A stretch of DNA of 64,000 bases from an uncultured bacterium (GCA_963825135.1 CAWGRW010000009.1:96001-160000); one strand, 5' to 3'. Shown: positions 30,916-41,714, counted from the stretch's first letter. The notes: a model not told the origin generated them from the letters alone. Program-made: numbers and translations.

Positions 30916-31248
30916 TCAGTCGAGCATTTCTCTTTTTCCGGAGACGACCTCGACTACCGACAGGTATTCGTCGAGCATTTCGAGCGCCTTCTCAATCTCG
31001 GCAGTGTTGCCCGACTTCGCGGCCTCCTCGATGACCTTCCCGATCCTGCCTATCTCCCGGAAACCGTATCCGCCGCCCGCGCCCTTCATACCGTGTCCCA
31101 GTCTCTGCGCTTCTTTAAGGTTCGAGTCCCTGAGGCATTCCCTGATGTTCACGATATCTTTATGCCTGCATTCGAGAAAGAACGGTATGAGGTCCATGAA
31201 ATCAGGGTCCACGTAAACTATCTCTTTCTGGTAACGTTTGCCCGGCAT
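30916..31248 (-). CDS. Hpt domain protein
   Basis: LGHGMKGAGGGYGF phosphotransfer motif. Confidence 0.9.
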   Translation of the reverse strand: MPGKRYQKEIVYVDPDFMDLIPFFLECRHKDIVNIRECLRDSNLKEAQRLGHGMKGAGGGYGFREIGRIGKVIEEAAKSGNTAEIEKALEMLDEYLSVVEVVSGKREMLD

Positions 31249-31352
31249 TCGAAGTGCTCCTCCTTAGGCGCGCGCGCGCGCGGTCGTCGCCGATAATAAT
31301 ACACCCGATAGGTTCTCCCGGTAAACTGCAAACAGCCGGTATTTTCCCGGCA

Positions 31353-32901
31353 TTAGAGCTTGGGCTGGTGTTCGGGCTTGAGAAGGTCGAAAACGGTCTT
31401 TACCGGGTTGAAAGTCACGAGCGGCACCTCGACGAAAACGGTATTCCAGAAGGCCATCGTTCCGTTCCAGAGCCCCGGGAGCTCGAGCGCCTTGAGCTCC
31501 CTTCCGTCCTTCGATTTCACGGAAATGAACCCCGCTTCGGGGTCCGTGAACCCGGACAAGTCGAAAGGCTCTCCCCTATGGTCTCTCAGGGCGCATACCA
31601 GGTCCACGGGGTTAAAGTGGGTCGAGGACTCCCACGCGGCCTTTTGACCGGGCGCGGTCATATCCACCTGAGCCGATTCCACAATCTGCTTCGACACGCG
31701 GCCGTCCTTCCCCCTCACCCAGAAAGGCCCTCCCCCGGGCTCTCCCTCGTTCCTCACGACGCCGCACACCCTTAGCGGGCGGGCGAGCGCCGAAACGAGA
31801 GCGGCCGGGTCTTCGCCCCCCGGGCATTCTATGGCGAGCCCCATCCTTCCGAGCTCTCCCAGCTCCGCCGAAACGTCCCCGCGCGAGGCTCCCCCGCCGA
31901 GCTTGCCGAGCGCCGAGAACACGAGGCTCTCGAGCTTCAGCAGATATCCGCCGAGCGCCTTCTTCCAGAGATAAGTCTCGTCCTTGAGCCTGTCCGGCAG
32001 GACGTTGTCTATATTCTTTATGAATACGATATCGCAGCCGAGCTCGTTTAGGTTCTCGATCAGGGCGCCGTGTCCGGCCGGCCTGAATACGGGCTTCCCG
32101 TCGTCGCCGACGAACGGCCTGTTCTCCATATCGACGGCTATGGTGTCGGTCGAAGGCTTCTGTACCGAGCAGCCGATTTCGAGACCCCCCGTCTCCCCGG
32201 CGTAGAACCCCTTGACGCTCTCCAGGTGGGCCCTCACCGTCTCCACGATGCTCGGGCGACAGGGTGAAATGCACCCTCGCCGTCCCCGAGGCGTCCTTCG
32301 TATAGTGGAGCGCCTCCGCGAGGTGCTCCTCGAAGGCCGTCCTGCTGTGCGCCGGGTGCTTGTGGAATTTGATAATGCCTTTCGGCAGGTTCGAATAGTT
32401 AAGCCCCTTCGCGTCTAGCGTGTGCTCGAACACCTCCCGGTATTCGCCCGCCGAGAGGAGCTCTCTCATGTCGTACCCGTTTTTTTCGAGCGCCGATTCG
32501 AGGTCGTCGTGAAAGGCGAACCTCGGGAGCTCCCCGATGAACCTGAGAGCGGACCGGGCGTCCCCGTCCCCCTCCCTCGCCGCCCTTTCCAGGCGCGCCC
32601 GCTCGAGCGGGCCTCCGGCGGCGGCCGCCTGGAGGTCCCTGAACATCCTGCTCGCCGCCCCTGAAGCCGGGACGAATTTGATAATTTTTTTGCGAACGGA
32701 CTCCGATTCGTAATACCGGGCGTAGCCCCCGGCTTCGTCCCTTATGGACACTATCCCGTCCCCGGGCGTGCAGGGTCTCACCAGACGGGACGCGGACATG
32801 CCCCTCTCGAACATCCCTATCTGGGACAACACGGTCTCCACGTCCATACCCCTCGATTCGATTTCCCTGATCACATTGCTGCCGAGTATAAGCTCGCTCA
32901 T
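31353..32901 (-). CDS. DUF4301 family protein; one +1 frameshift near 32248
   Basis: KFVPASGAASRMF, HFTLSPEH, QKPSTDTIAVD, FRPAGHGAL, IKNIDN, GEPGGGPF, ELPGLWNG, TFNPVKTV. Confidence 0.88.
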
Positions 32902-33021
32902 GCCCTGCTCCCTATACGCCCGTGCTGTACGTTTTAAGTCCGGCAATATTTTATACGGAAAAAATCGCGTCCCCAAGAAGGCGTCCCGCAAGGTGCGGAA
33001 GGGCCGCGTCGGATATAAGAC

Positions 33022-36000
33022 TCACGCCCCCAGGTCGACTCCCGGAGAGGCGCTCTCCGCCGCAGGCGTGTTCAGCCACTTCCTCACCATATCGAGAAGC
33101 GACTTTTTCGTAAGCGGCTTCGTGATGTAATCGTCCATACCGCTCTCCAGGCATTTTTCCCTGTACCCTGTGAGGGCGTGCGCAGTAACCGCGATGATCG
33201 GCGTCCTCCGCCCGGCGTTCCCCTTCTCCCATTCCCTGATCACCGTCGTCGATTCGAAGCCGTCCATAACGGGCATCTGTATGTCCATCAGTATCAGGTC
33301 GTACCAGCTTCCGCGCGCGGCGTCCGCGCCTTCCTGCCCCCCCGAAGCGACGTCGACGGCGTAGCCTCCGATCTCGAGTATCCTCTTCACGAGGTTCTGA
33401 TTGTCGGGCGTGTCGTCCACGACCAGTATGCGCGGCTTATCCCGTTCCCTGACCTTGGCTGATTCGAACGGTGAGCCCGTGTAGCCGGCGTCCGCGCCGC
33501 CCTTCGCATAATTGTCATCCTTGACGAGCCTCGACACGGCTTCGTAGAGCTTCGCGGTCTTTACGGGCTTGACTATGGTTTCGTCTATCCCCTTGTCCTT
33601 GATCTCGGAGAAGTTCATCCCGGCCCACGACGTGAGAAGGAGAATTTTGATGCCTCCGCCTATGGAATTCCTCACGTGCTCCGTGAACTCTATACCGTCC
33701 ATCCCGGGCATCTGCTTGTCCACGATAATCAGCGGGGGCCTGCGGTCCATGTTATGGAGCAGCGACAACGCCGCTCTGCCTCCGCTCGCTTCCAGGACCT
33801 CGAACCCCCAGAGCGAAAGCATCTTCCTCAGCACCGACCTGTTGGTCCCGTTGTCGTCGACCACGAGTACCGGCGTGCCGCGGAAATTGGGCTGGACCCT
33901 CGTGATCCCCCCCTCCTTCTCCCAGTCGAGCTTAAGCGGGAGGCTGAAATAGAACGTGGAGCCCTTCCCGGCCTCGCTCTCGAACCATATCTTTCCGTTC
34001 ATCAGCAGTACGAGCGACTTCGAGATGCTGAGCCCGAGCCCCGCCCCCCCGAACGTCCTCGTAGTCGAGCTGTCCACCTGCGAGAACTTCTCGAATATCT
34101 TCTCCCTGTGCTCCTCCTGTATTCCGATCCCCGTGTCGGCCACCTTGAACTGGAGCTCGACCTCTTCCCCGTCGAGGGGCCTCAGGTTCTCGAGGTTGAT
34201 CAGCACCTCGCCCGTGTCCGTGAACTTTATCGCGTTTATCACCAGGTTCACGAGTACCTGCCTTATCCTCGTCATGTCCCCGATCAGGCGGTCGGGCACG
34301 TTGTGGTTTATGTAGCACACGAGCTCGAGCCCCTTCTCGAAAGCCCTTACCGAGAGAGAATCCACCACCCCCTCGACGAGGTCCTTCAGGCTGAAGGGCT
34401 CCTCCTCGATCTCCATCTGCCCGACTTCGATCCTCGAGAAATCCAGTATTTCGTTAATTAGACTCAGGAGCGCCACCGAGGACGACTCTATTACCCTGAG
34501 CGTCTCCTGCTGCTCGCTCGAGAGCGAGGTGTCGAGCATCAGGTCCGTCATTCCGACGATCGCGTTTAAAGGTGTCCTTATCTCGTGGCTCACGTTCGCG
34601 AGGAACTCTGACTTGGCCTGGCTCGCGGCCTCCGCCGCTTCCTTCGCGTGCTTGAGCTCCTCCTCGGTCATCTTCATTTCGGATACGTCCATCAGGCTCC
34701 CGAGGATCGCCTGCCTGCCCCTGTACTGTATCGACGTGCTCGTCTCCATCACCCATTTGATCTCGCCCTTGCCCGTCACTACCCTGTATTCGTACGGGAG
34801 CTTCCTCTCCCCCTCCTGCATCTGCCTCGACTTCTCCCTCACGTCGTCGCGGTCGAGCGCGTGCACGAGCTTCCACGGGTTCGTGCCGACGAGCTCGTCC
34901 CTCGCGTAACCCATGAATTCCTCGAACTGCGGGTTTACGTATTCGAATCTAGAGTCCTGTATTATGAACACCCCTATGGGCGTTCCGGTCGAAAGGGTCT
35001 CGAACAGCTCCTCGGCCTGCTTCCTCTCGGAGACGTCCATCAGCGTGCCGAGCACCGCGTCTTTACCCATGTACTGAATAGACCTCACGACCTCCATCGA
35101 CCACATCATGCTGCCGTCCTTCCTTACCGCCCTGTATTCGTAGGGGGCATTGATCTCGCCCTTCAGCATCCGCACCGCGTTCTGCCTGACCGACTCCCTG
35201 TCCTCGCCGTAGATATACCATGCCGACTTACTGCCGAGGAGCTCCTCCTCGCTATACCCCGTATATTTCTGGAACTGCGGGTTGACGAATTTGAATTCAC
35301 CGTTCTGGACGATGTATATGCCTATAGGAGAGCTCGTGGAGAGCGTCCTCAGCATGACCTCCACCCTCCGGCGGTCGGTGACGTCGGCTACGCTGCCGAG
35401 CACCGCGCTCTTGTCCCCGAACCTTATCCCGGTGACTGTCTCCGTGAGCCACTTAACCTCGTTATCCTTGCTGAGTATCCTGTACTCGTAAGGCTCGGCG
35501 CCAGAGCTCTCGAGCATCCGCCTCGACTTCTCCTTCGCCGATTCCCGGTCGAGATAGTGGATAATCCTGTCGGCGGGCGTCCCCAGAAGCTCGTCTTCCG
35601 GGTATCCGGTGTAATCGCAGTACTGCCTGTTCACGTACCTTATCTCACCGTCCTGAACTATGTAGATACCTAACGGCGAGCTCGTGGAGAGCGTCCTCAG
35701 CATCTCCTCGGCGTGCTTTCCCGGAGTGACGTCGACGACGCTTCCGAGGAGCGCCTGCTTCCCGCCGTACGTAATTTTCGTGACCGTATCGGATACCCAG
35801 ACGGCCCGTTTTTTCCCGTTGATTATTCTGTACTCGCAGCGGACCGAAGCCGCCCCGTCGTCGATCCCCCGTATAAGCCTGATGCGCTCTTCCCTGTCGT
35901 CGGGTGAAACGAGCGCCTCCATTTTAGAGCCTATAAGCTCCTTTTCCTTATAGCCGGTAACCTTTTCGTACGCGGGGTTTACAAACATGAAACGCCCGTC

Positions 36001-36999
36001 CGAGATTATGTAAGTTCCGCAGGCCGAGCCCGCGGACACAGTTTCGAGAAAATCTTCCGAGGCTTTGAGCGCCCGTATTTTCTCATCGAGCCTGCCTACG
36101 GCCGAGCGGTTCTCCTCCTCAGCCCTTTCCAGCCTGACAGCGGCTTCCCTCGATTTTTTCTCCGCGTGCCTCTTCTCCCTGTAATTCCTCGAGTACTCGA
36201 GCGTGAGCCCGAGGAACGGGATGAAGCAGGCCAGCACCTTGAGGAAATCGGCGTACAGAAAATGCTCGCCCGGAAATAGAGACGAGACGAGGGTGGTGAA
36301 GATTTCCGATGCGAGGAGCGGTATCAGCGTTATCTCGAGGACGTAGGACATGAGCGTCCTCCTCGCGCTCGTATAATATTCGGCGGCGAGCGCGGCGGCG
36401 ATTACGGACGCCATCGGAGCGAGCGTCCATAAACGGGTCAGGAGCGTATGCGCGTCGGGGGAGCCCGACCTCAGGCCCGTTTCGGCGAGCGTGTAAATTA
36501 TCCCGAGCGAAACGCCGATTATCACGGAGCCGGTGATGAGATAGGGCCCGGTCCTCTTCTCGAATTCCCCCTCCGTCTTTTTCCTGAGCAGCAACAGCGC
36601 GCCCGCGAGTATGAGGACAGCCGGGAAGAGGTCAACCGCTCCCGAGGATACGGATATAAAGAATTCCCTGTAAACGCCTACCTTGAACAAATATGAGGCG
36701 AAGAGCTGGAAACCGCTTATGACGGCTGTGCCGATAAGGGAAACGCCGAATATGAAAGTTATCCTGCTCCTCTCGAGTGAGTAGTGCATCAGACAAAGCG
36801 TCCCCGAGAAGAGGGAGACGAGGATGGTCGCCGTGACGGTGATCCTGAAAGCCTCGGTCACCTCAAGGTACCTCATCCTGAAATCGGCGCCGAGGAGCGA
36901 CAGCACGAAGGGCATGACGGAGAGCGCGAGGACGGCAATGAAGAGCCCTTTCGGGAACCGCGAATTTCCTGATTTAGCAGTCAGCTTTTCCGAATTCAT
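33022..36999 (-). CDS. membrane-bound hybrid sensor histidine kinase (4 PAS, HisKA, HATPase, 2 receiver domains)
   Basis: N-terminal TM region, four PAS/PAC repeats, SHEIRTPLN, NLVINAIKFT, GAGLGL, two VVDD...D.QMP.MDG receivers. Confidence 0.95.
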   Translation of the reverse strand: MNSEKLTAKSGNSRFPKGLFIAVLALSVMPFVLSLLGADFRMRYLEVTEAFRITVTATILVSLFSGTLCLMHYSLERSRITFIFGVSLIGTAVISGFQLFASYLFKVGVYREFFISVSSGAVDLFPAVLILAGALLLLRKKTEGEFEKRTGPYLITGSVIIGVSLGIIYTLAETGLRSGSPDAHTLLTRLWTLAPMASVIAAALAAEYYTSARRTLMSYVLEITLIPLLASEIFTTLVSSLFPGEHFLYADFLKVLACFIPFLGLTLEYSRNYREKRHAEKKSREAAVRLERAEEENRSAVGRLDEKIRALKASEDFLETVSAGSACGTYIISDGRFMFVNPAYEKVTGYKEKELIGSKMEALVSPDDREERIRLIRGIDDGAASVRCEYRIINGKKRAVWVSDTVTKITYGGKQALLGSVVDVTPGKHAEEMLRTLSTSSPLGIYIVQDGEIRYVNRQYCDYTGYPEDELLGTPADRIIHYLDRESAKEKSRRMLESSGAEPYEYRILSKDNEVKWLTETVTGIRFGDKSAVLGSVADVTDRRRVEVMLRTLSTSSPIGIYIVQNGEFKFVNPQFQKYTGYSEEELLGSKSAWYIYGEDRESVRQNAVRMLKGEINAPYEYRAVRKDGSMMWSMEVVRSIQYMGKDAVLGTLMDVSERKQAEELFETLSTGTPIGVFIIQDSRFEYVNPQFEEFMGYARDELVGTNPWKLVHALDRDDVREKSRQMQEGERKLPYEYRVVTGKGEIKWVMETSTSIQYRGRQAILGSLMDVSEMKMTEEELKHAKEAAEAASQAKSEFLANVSHEIRTPLNAIVGMTDLMLDTSLSSEQQETLRVIESSSVALLSLINEILDFSRIEVGQMEIEEEPFSLKDLVEGVVDSLSVRAFEKGLELVCYINHNVPDRLIGDMTRIRQVLVNLVINAIKFTDTGEVLINLENLRPLDGEEVELQFKVADTGIGIQEEHREKIFEKFSQVDSSTTRTFGGAGLGLSISKSLVLLMNGKIWFESEAGKGSTFYFSLPLKLDWEKEGGITRVQPNFRGTPVLVVDDNGTNRSVLRKMLSLWGFEVLEASGGRAALSLLHNMDRRPPLIIVDKQMPGMDGIEFTEHVRNSIGGGIKILLLTSWAGMNFSEIKDKGIDETIVKPVKTAKLYEAVSRLVKDDNYAKGGADAGYTGSPFESAKVRERDKPRILVVDDTPDNQNLVKRILEIGGYAVDVASGGQEGADAARGSWYDLILMDIQMPVMDGFESTTVIREWEKGNAGRRTPIIAVTAHALTGYREKCLESGMDDYITKPLTKKSLLDMVRKWLNTPAAESASPGVDLGA

Positions 37000-37051
37000 G
37001 CCATGTCCGTAGGGGACAAATAAACATTAAAGTATCCCATTCCTGAATCAG

Positions 37052-37066
37052 GCAATTCCCATGCCA
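37052..37066 (-). promoter_or_regulatory. sigma54 (-24/-12) promoter candidate
   Basis: Minus strand TGGCATGGGAATTGC (GG-N10-GC), about 50 bp upstream of the kinase ATG. Confidence 0.6.
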
Positions 37067-37138
37067 TGTTTATCGCATGATAACCAGCCGTATCCACTAG
37101 AAATCATGAAGATTTTTGGCGCCCTCAAACGGCACGTA

Positions 37139-37153
37139 TGACAATAATTGTCA
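37139..37153. promoter_or_regulatory. perfect inverted repeat, candidate enhancer-binding-protein site
   Basis: TGACAAT-A-ATTGTCA, about 75 bp upstream of the sigma54 motif. Confidence 0.5.
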
Positions 37154-37326
37154 AAACTCCGCCAAAATTGCGGAAATTAGCGAATTTGTGAAATATGGAA
37201 TATCGACGTCCGTAAGCGCAGCCGCCTCCCCCGACTTGCGCAATCCCCCCCGGTCGAGTTACTATTAATCTCCGAATTGCTTAATGACGCCATTTCTCAA
37301 ACTAAACGTTAGGCAGGGGTCCGGTC

Positions 37327-37839
37327 ATGAAAAACACAGGGGACGCACTAATCAACCGTACTTCGGGTCTGATCGTGTTAATTTCCTCGATCGTAATGAT
37401 CGCGTTCATGGTAACGGGAGGGTGCGAAGGCGACGGCGACGGCACCCCGCCCTCGGCTACGGGGTTCCCACCGGAATGCAACGGCACTTTCGACGTCGAT
37501 CTCAGCTGTCCGGCCTCGAGCCTGGCCGGCTCCACATGCCTTCCTTATGTATGCGATATCGTAGACGACACCGGGAACCCGCCCGAGATCGTCGACACGA
37601 CGACTATAATTTTCGGCAAAAGCTGCACGCAAGCGGACTGCTTCACGCTCGAATGTCAGGACATATTTAACGGACCTGTGATCGATGCCGATGCGGCGAC
37701 TATCATCATAGAGAGCGTAAGCGGCACTCCCGTCGGAGGGGACGTCGGAGGCGAGGTGTTTCAGGGAACTCCCGACGGCAGAATTATTATCGATAACGAG
37801 GAATTCACCCTCGACTGCAACGCGATTGTTGTCCCGTGA
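37327..37839 (+). CDS. Cys-rich hypothetical lipoprotein
   Basis: Hydrophobic segment then TGGC lipobox; acidic mature part with several Cys. Confidence 0.7.
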   Translation: MKNTGDALINRTSGLIVLISSIVMIAFMVTGGCEGDGDGTPPSATGFPPECNGTFDVDLSCPASSLAGSTCLPYVCDIVDDTGNPPEIVDTTTIIFGKSCTQADCFTLECQDIFNGPVIDADAATIIIESVSGTPVGGDVGGEVFQGTPDGRIIIDNEEFTLDCNAIVVP

Positions 37840-37979
37840 ATAAGCAGTGCGCGGAGAGACGAGGCCGTAGAGTTCTCAAATAAAAAAGTGTGACATATAG
37901 AGCCCGATCAGCTTCACGCCTGCGGCCCGGTATTTACAAGGCTATTGCCGGCTGTATTATTTCCAGAGGAGGGACCGAC

Positions 37980-38307
37980 ATGCGAAAGAACGTACTCACG
38001 ATTCCGGACGGCAATCATAATCGGCCTGCTCGTATCGGCGGCCGCCTGCGCCCAGCCCGCAGCCGAGCCGGGCAAGGTATACGACCCGGGCCAGGTCTCG
38101 GCGACGTGCGCCGAGAATCTCGGGCTCGACGGCGCGGTAATAATGTCTCTCGCTGCGGCTTTCAGGGACTCGGACGGCAAGATAACCGACTCGTTTAAGG
38201 AAAAGGCGAGCAAGGACATTGCGGAGTCGGAGAACGTACAGCCTTCCGAGAACGACGCCGTATTCCAGCAGTACATCTCGTGCCTCGAAAGCTCCGTGGC
38301 GCAGTGA
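37980..38307 (+). CDS. small lipoprotein (paralog of the next gene); apparent +1 frameshift near 38007
   Basis: ATG 37980 after GGAGG gives MRKNVLTIP, then the shifted frame gives TAIIIGLLVSAAAC... Confidence 0.6.
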
Positions 38308-38365
38308 TAGACGGCCCGTGCCGCCGCGGCCTTTACAACCCCCGAGATTTCTGTAGAATTGGATT

Positions 38366-38713
38366 ATGAAAATCAAGCATCCGAAAAATCCCGCCCTATA
38401 TTATTCGCTAGTCCTGATTTGCGCGCTCGTAGCCGCGACGGGCTGTTTCTGGAAAGGAGACGAGGTCAAGTTTCCGAAGGCGTCCGACCCGGAGGCCGCG
38501 GCAACGTCTTGCGCTCAGAGCCAGGGGTTCGACGAACAGGTAACCAAACGTCTGACCTATCAGTTCAAAGAACACGACGGCGAGGTGAGCGACGATTTCA
38601 AGCTCGCGGCTTCGACCATAATTTCCGAATCCGGCAAAGTGCCCGCCCCGCAGCGCAATGCCGTGTTGAAGGAATATTTTTCCTGCCTCGCAGGTCCTGC
38701 CGAGAAGAAGTAG
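38366..38713 (+). CDS. small lipoprotein (paralog of the previous gene)
   Basis: ATGC lipobox; shares DP...CA...G.D...F...DG...D.FK..AS..I.ES..V....AV...Y.SCL with the neighbour. Confidence 0.75.
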   Translation: MKIKHPKNPALYYSLVLICALVAATGCFWKGDEVKFPKASDPEAAATSCAQSQGFDEQVTKRLTYQFKEHDGEVSDDFKLAASTIISESGKVPAPQRNAVLKEYFSCLAGPAEKK

Positions 38714-38760
38714 CTCTCCCGCACCGGGAGAGGGTCAGGAGTCACGGGTGAGCCGTGTTT

Positions 38761-39561
38761 TCACTTCTTTTCGGGCGGCGAGACCTTTTCCATCACTATC
38801 GAGCCCGTCAGGCACACGTACTGGAACTGGAGCTGCCACGCCGGCGACAGCCAGGGCCCTTCGAGGACGGTCGGAATAGTCGTTATCTCCGTGAACACCT
38901 GTCTCATCACCTTCGCCCCCGGCCCTCCCGGACCGCTGTAGTCGCCCGCGAAGAGCTGGTCGAGCTTCTGAAGCGCCTGGCTCGCCGCGTTATACTCCGA
39001 GACCGCGATCCGCTTGCTCGCGAACTCTCCGCTCGTCATGGGCCCCTGCTTGTCTATGGTCCTTATTAGCGCCCTCGCGGAGTTCCGCGCTTCCGTGGCG
39101 AATTTCTTGTCTTCGGCCTCGTTCCCGCCCGCCGACTGCAATATGTTGAAGCTGATGCCGTACACCTTCTCCCCCGCCTGCCCGAGCGCCGACCTGTATA
39201 TGGAGCCCTTGCCCGCCCAGGTCGCGTCTATATTGGCGTTGTCGGTGAAAGCCTTGTACGTGCCCGCATAATATACACCGAACACCTCGGCCAGCTTTGC
39301 CGCGTCTCCCGTAAGGCCCGTTACCGGATACTTATAGAGGTTCTCGATCTTCGGGTCGGCCGCAACCTTGTCCCTCCACATGCCGTTCGCGGCGTTCGTC
39401 CCCTTGGGCAGGTTCATGTTCGAAAGCTCGTAGAGCCTGTAGAGCAGCACCTGGAACCTGAGATTAATGTCCTTTACGGCCTTTGCCTCGTCCTGGGCCT
39501 GAGCGCGTGCCGCCGCCCCCAGAAAAAGTACCATTATCAATGCGATATATGCCTTTCTCAT
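38761..39561 (-). CDS. secreted hypothetical protein
   Basis: Signal peptide MRKAYIALIMVLFLGAAARAQA; 266-aa ORF. Confidence 0.75.
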   Translation of the reverse strand: MRKAYIALIMVLFLGAAARAQAQDEAKAVKDINLRFQVLLYRLYELSNMNLPKGTNAANGMWRDKVAADPKIENLYKYPVTGLTGDAAKLAEVFGVYYAGTYKAFTDNANIDATWAGKGSIYRSALGQAGEKVYGISFNILQSAGGNEAEDKKFATEARNSARALIRTIDKQGPMTSGEFASKRIAVSEYNAASQALQKLDQLFAGDYSGPGGPGAKVMRQVFTEITTIPTVLEGPWLSPAWQLQFQYVCLTGSIVMEKVSPPEKK

Positions 39562-39739
39562 TTCAATATCCCCCTGTCTGGGCGGGCTATAAACTACGCA
39601 CCCGCAACAGATTACATTAAAGCAAATTTATTCCCCCTAGTCCAGAGGATTTATCAGTTCGAGAGATTTATCGATATCACCCGGCGGACGCAAATAATCA
39701 GCGGCATGAATACCCTTACGGCCCTAAGTCTTAAAAATC

Positions 39740-39789
39740 GGCACAGACGACTGGACTTGAACCCGCGGCCACCGGTTTGACAGGCCGGC
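39740..39789 (-). repeat. degenerate tRNA-Asp 3'-half copy 4 (att-like)
   Basis: ggcacagacgactggacttgaacccgcggccaccggtttgacaggccggc aligns to tRNA-Asp 56030-56079, including the GTC anticodon arm. Confidence 0.8.
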
Positions 39790-39900
39790 AGCCCTCCTTT
39801 CCCGGGCGGACGGAGTTTGTGTTTTACTCATCGTCACACTATAATAGATTTTATATATCAATATTCCTCATAATTCGCGACTTAAACAGGAGGCAATAAC

Positions 39901-40278
39901 ATGAGCGTGAAAATAATTAATGCTATTTTATTGCTTTTCGTATTATCCATACCCGCTTTGGCTGCGGATACCCCTAAGATGCCCGAGGCAGACACTCCGG
40001 ACATGCCGAAAGTGGACACTCCCGAGATGCCCAAAGCAGATACTCCGGACATGCCGAAAGTAGACACTCCCGAGATGCCGAAAGCGGATACTCCGGACAT
40101 GCCGAAAGTAGACACTCCCGAGATGCCCAAAGCGGATACTCCGGACATGCCGAAAGTGGATACTCCGGACATGCTGAAAGCGGATACTCCCGAGATGCCG
40201 AAAGTGGATACTCCGGACATGCCGAAAGTAGACACTCCGGACATGCCCAAGGCAGATAATCCGGCAGCACCCGAATAA
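39901..40278 (+). CDS. secreted protein made of about 12 [AV]DTP[DE]MPK octapeptide repeats
   Basis: Signal peptide, RBS AGGAGG; synonymous variation among repeat units supports coding. Confidence 0.85.
   Translation: MSVKIINAILLLFVLSIPALAADTPKMPEADTPDMPKVDTPEMPKADTPDMPKVDTPEMPKADTPDMPKVDTPEMPKADTPDMPKVDTPDMLKADTPEMPKVDTPDMPKVDTPDMPKADNPAAPE
39964..40251 (+). repeat. 24-bp coding tandem repeat (~12 copies)
   Basis: Units like gcggatactccggacatgccgaaa / gtagacactcccgagatgcccaaa. Confidence 0.9.
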
Positions 40279-40416
40279 AGATATGTGAAAGTACATCCAC
40301 TCTATCAAGTGTAATTAAGCTCAACCCTCACGCGAGCTGACGTGTCAGTCAATGTCTAATAGGGATTGGAAATACAGGCAGTGACGCGGGACATTTACCC
40401 CCCTCCCCCCCGATTT

Positions 40417-41540
40417 CTAGGAGTGATCGATCAGGTACACGATCTGATCCTGGCTATGCATAAACCTGTAGTAGATGGAATACCATATGAGGATATAGAG
40501 CAGAGGGAAGACGAACCTCGCCGCTACGTTCCCGTAATCCCATATCTTCAGCTTTCCGTGGTGCTTGAACAACTCGAAGCTTATGACCGAAACGATCGTA
40601 ACGCCGCACATCAGGTATCCGGACAATATTATCGCGTCCAGAATCGTCAAGTAAGACACGTTCGGGAAGAAGCTCGATACGACGAAATTAAACGCCACGG
40701 CGGTCAGCGCGAAAGCGGCCACGATGCTCACGCGCCTGTCGAGCGACTCCCTCTGCATCCAGAATACACAGGTCGAGAGCAGTATGAAAAAGCAGAACGG
40801 AAATAGTATCCTCCACAGATAATACGCGGTCCTCCTTTCCATAGGGACGTAAAAGCTGACGTACGACCAGTCATCGGTTTCCGATTCCCAGAGCCTCCTG
40901 ATACCCGCTGTAGACGACATCTCGTGGAGTATCCACTCGTCGTTCTGAAAGTTATGATTGACGCCCGTCCTCTCGCTCCAGACCTTATAGTCGAGCTCGT
41001 CCTTGGGATATGAAAAGGATTCGAATTCCATCCTGACCGTCTGAAGGTCAAACGGGAATTTCCGGAATTCGAGCGTCGTCGCGGTATCCGCCACGAACAC
41101 GGAGGAATATACGATGTCCCCGTCCGGGTGAATGAGGAGTCTCTTGTTTATCTCCGTTATTGCGCCCAGCTGATTGGTGATCTGCGGGTCGGGCCACCAC
41201 ATGTATTTTATGCGCTCCGCGACCTCGTCTCCCATAACTATGTCCGGTTTATGATCCGCGCTCTCGAACGCCTCCTGGGGTCTTTCCAGTGAAGGGACAG
41301 GGCGTACCGGGCGCTCAGCATCTGCTTCGGCTGATCGAGCTTGATAAAATCGAGCAAATAAAGTCCGACGTCCACGGTCGTAGGCCCCCCGGCGTTGGGC
41401 GGAGTATTGTACTCCTTATGCTGTTGGGAAGCGAGGCTCGCGGCCGGGAGCAGAAAGAGATATATAACCAGGAGCGCGCCCATAACATCGAGCGCTCTCA
41501 AAGCGGTTCTACGCCCGCCATCAAGCGGGGCCGAATTCAT
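40417..41540 (-). CDS. pentameric ligand-gated ion channel (GLIC/ELIC-like); frameshift near 41272
   Basis: PTTVDVGLYL...LSLHWKDPR, WWPD...NQ, FRKFPFDLQT loop, R...YYLW, four C-terminal TM helices; start uncertain. Confidence 0.85.
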
Positions 41541-41714
41541 ACTTATCACTGCGGGAAGCACCCCGCTCTCAAGGGTTGTGTAATCATTAGAACCTGACCG
41601 GCGCGCCGTAAAAAGCCGGACAGGTAAGTTTACAACCGAATATCGTCTAAAAGCAAAGCCCTTCCAGAGATAGGTAAATAATTTCCGAATGATAGGGAAT
41701 CTCCGGAAAGGAAA

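Noticed and set aside
39964..40251. Possible CRISPR array
   Set aside because: Contiguous 24-bp in-frame repeats with no unique spacers, inside a signal-peptide ORF; no cas genes
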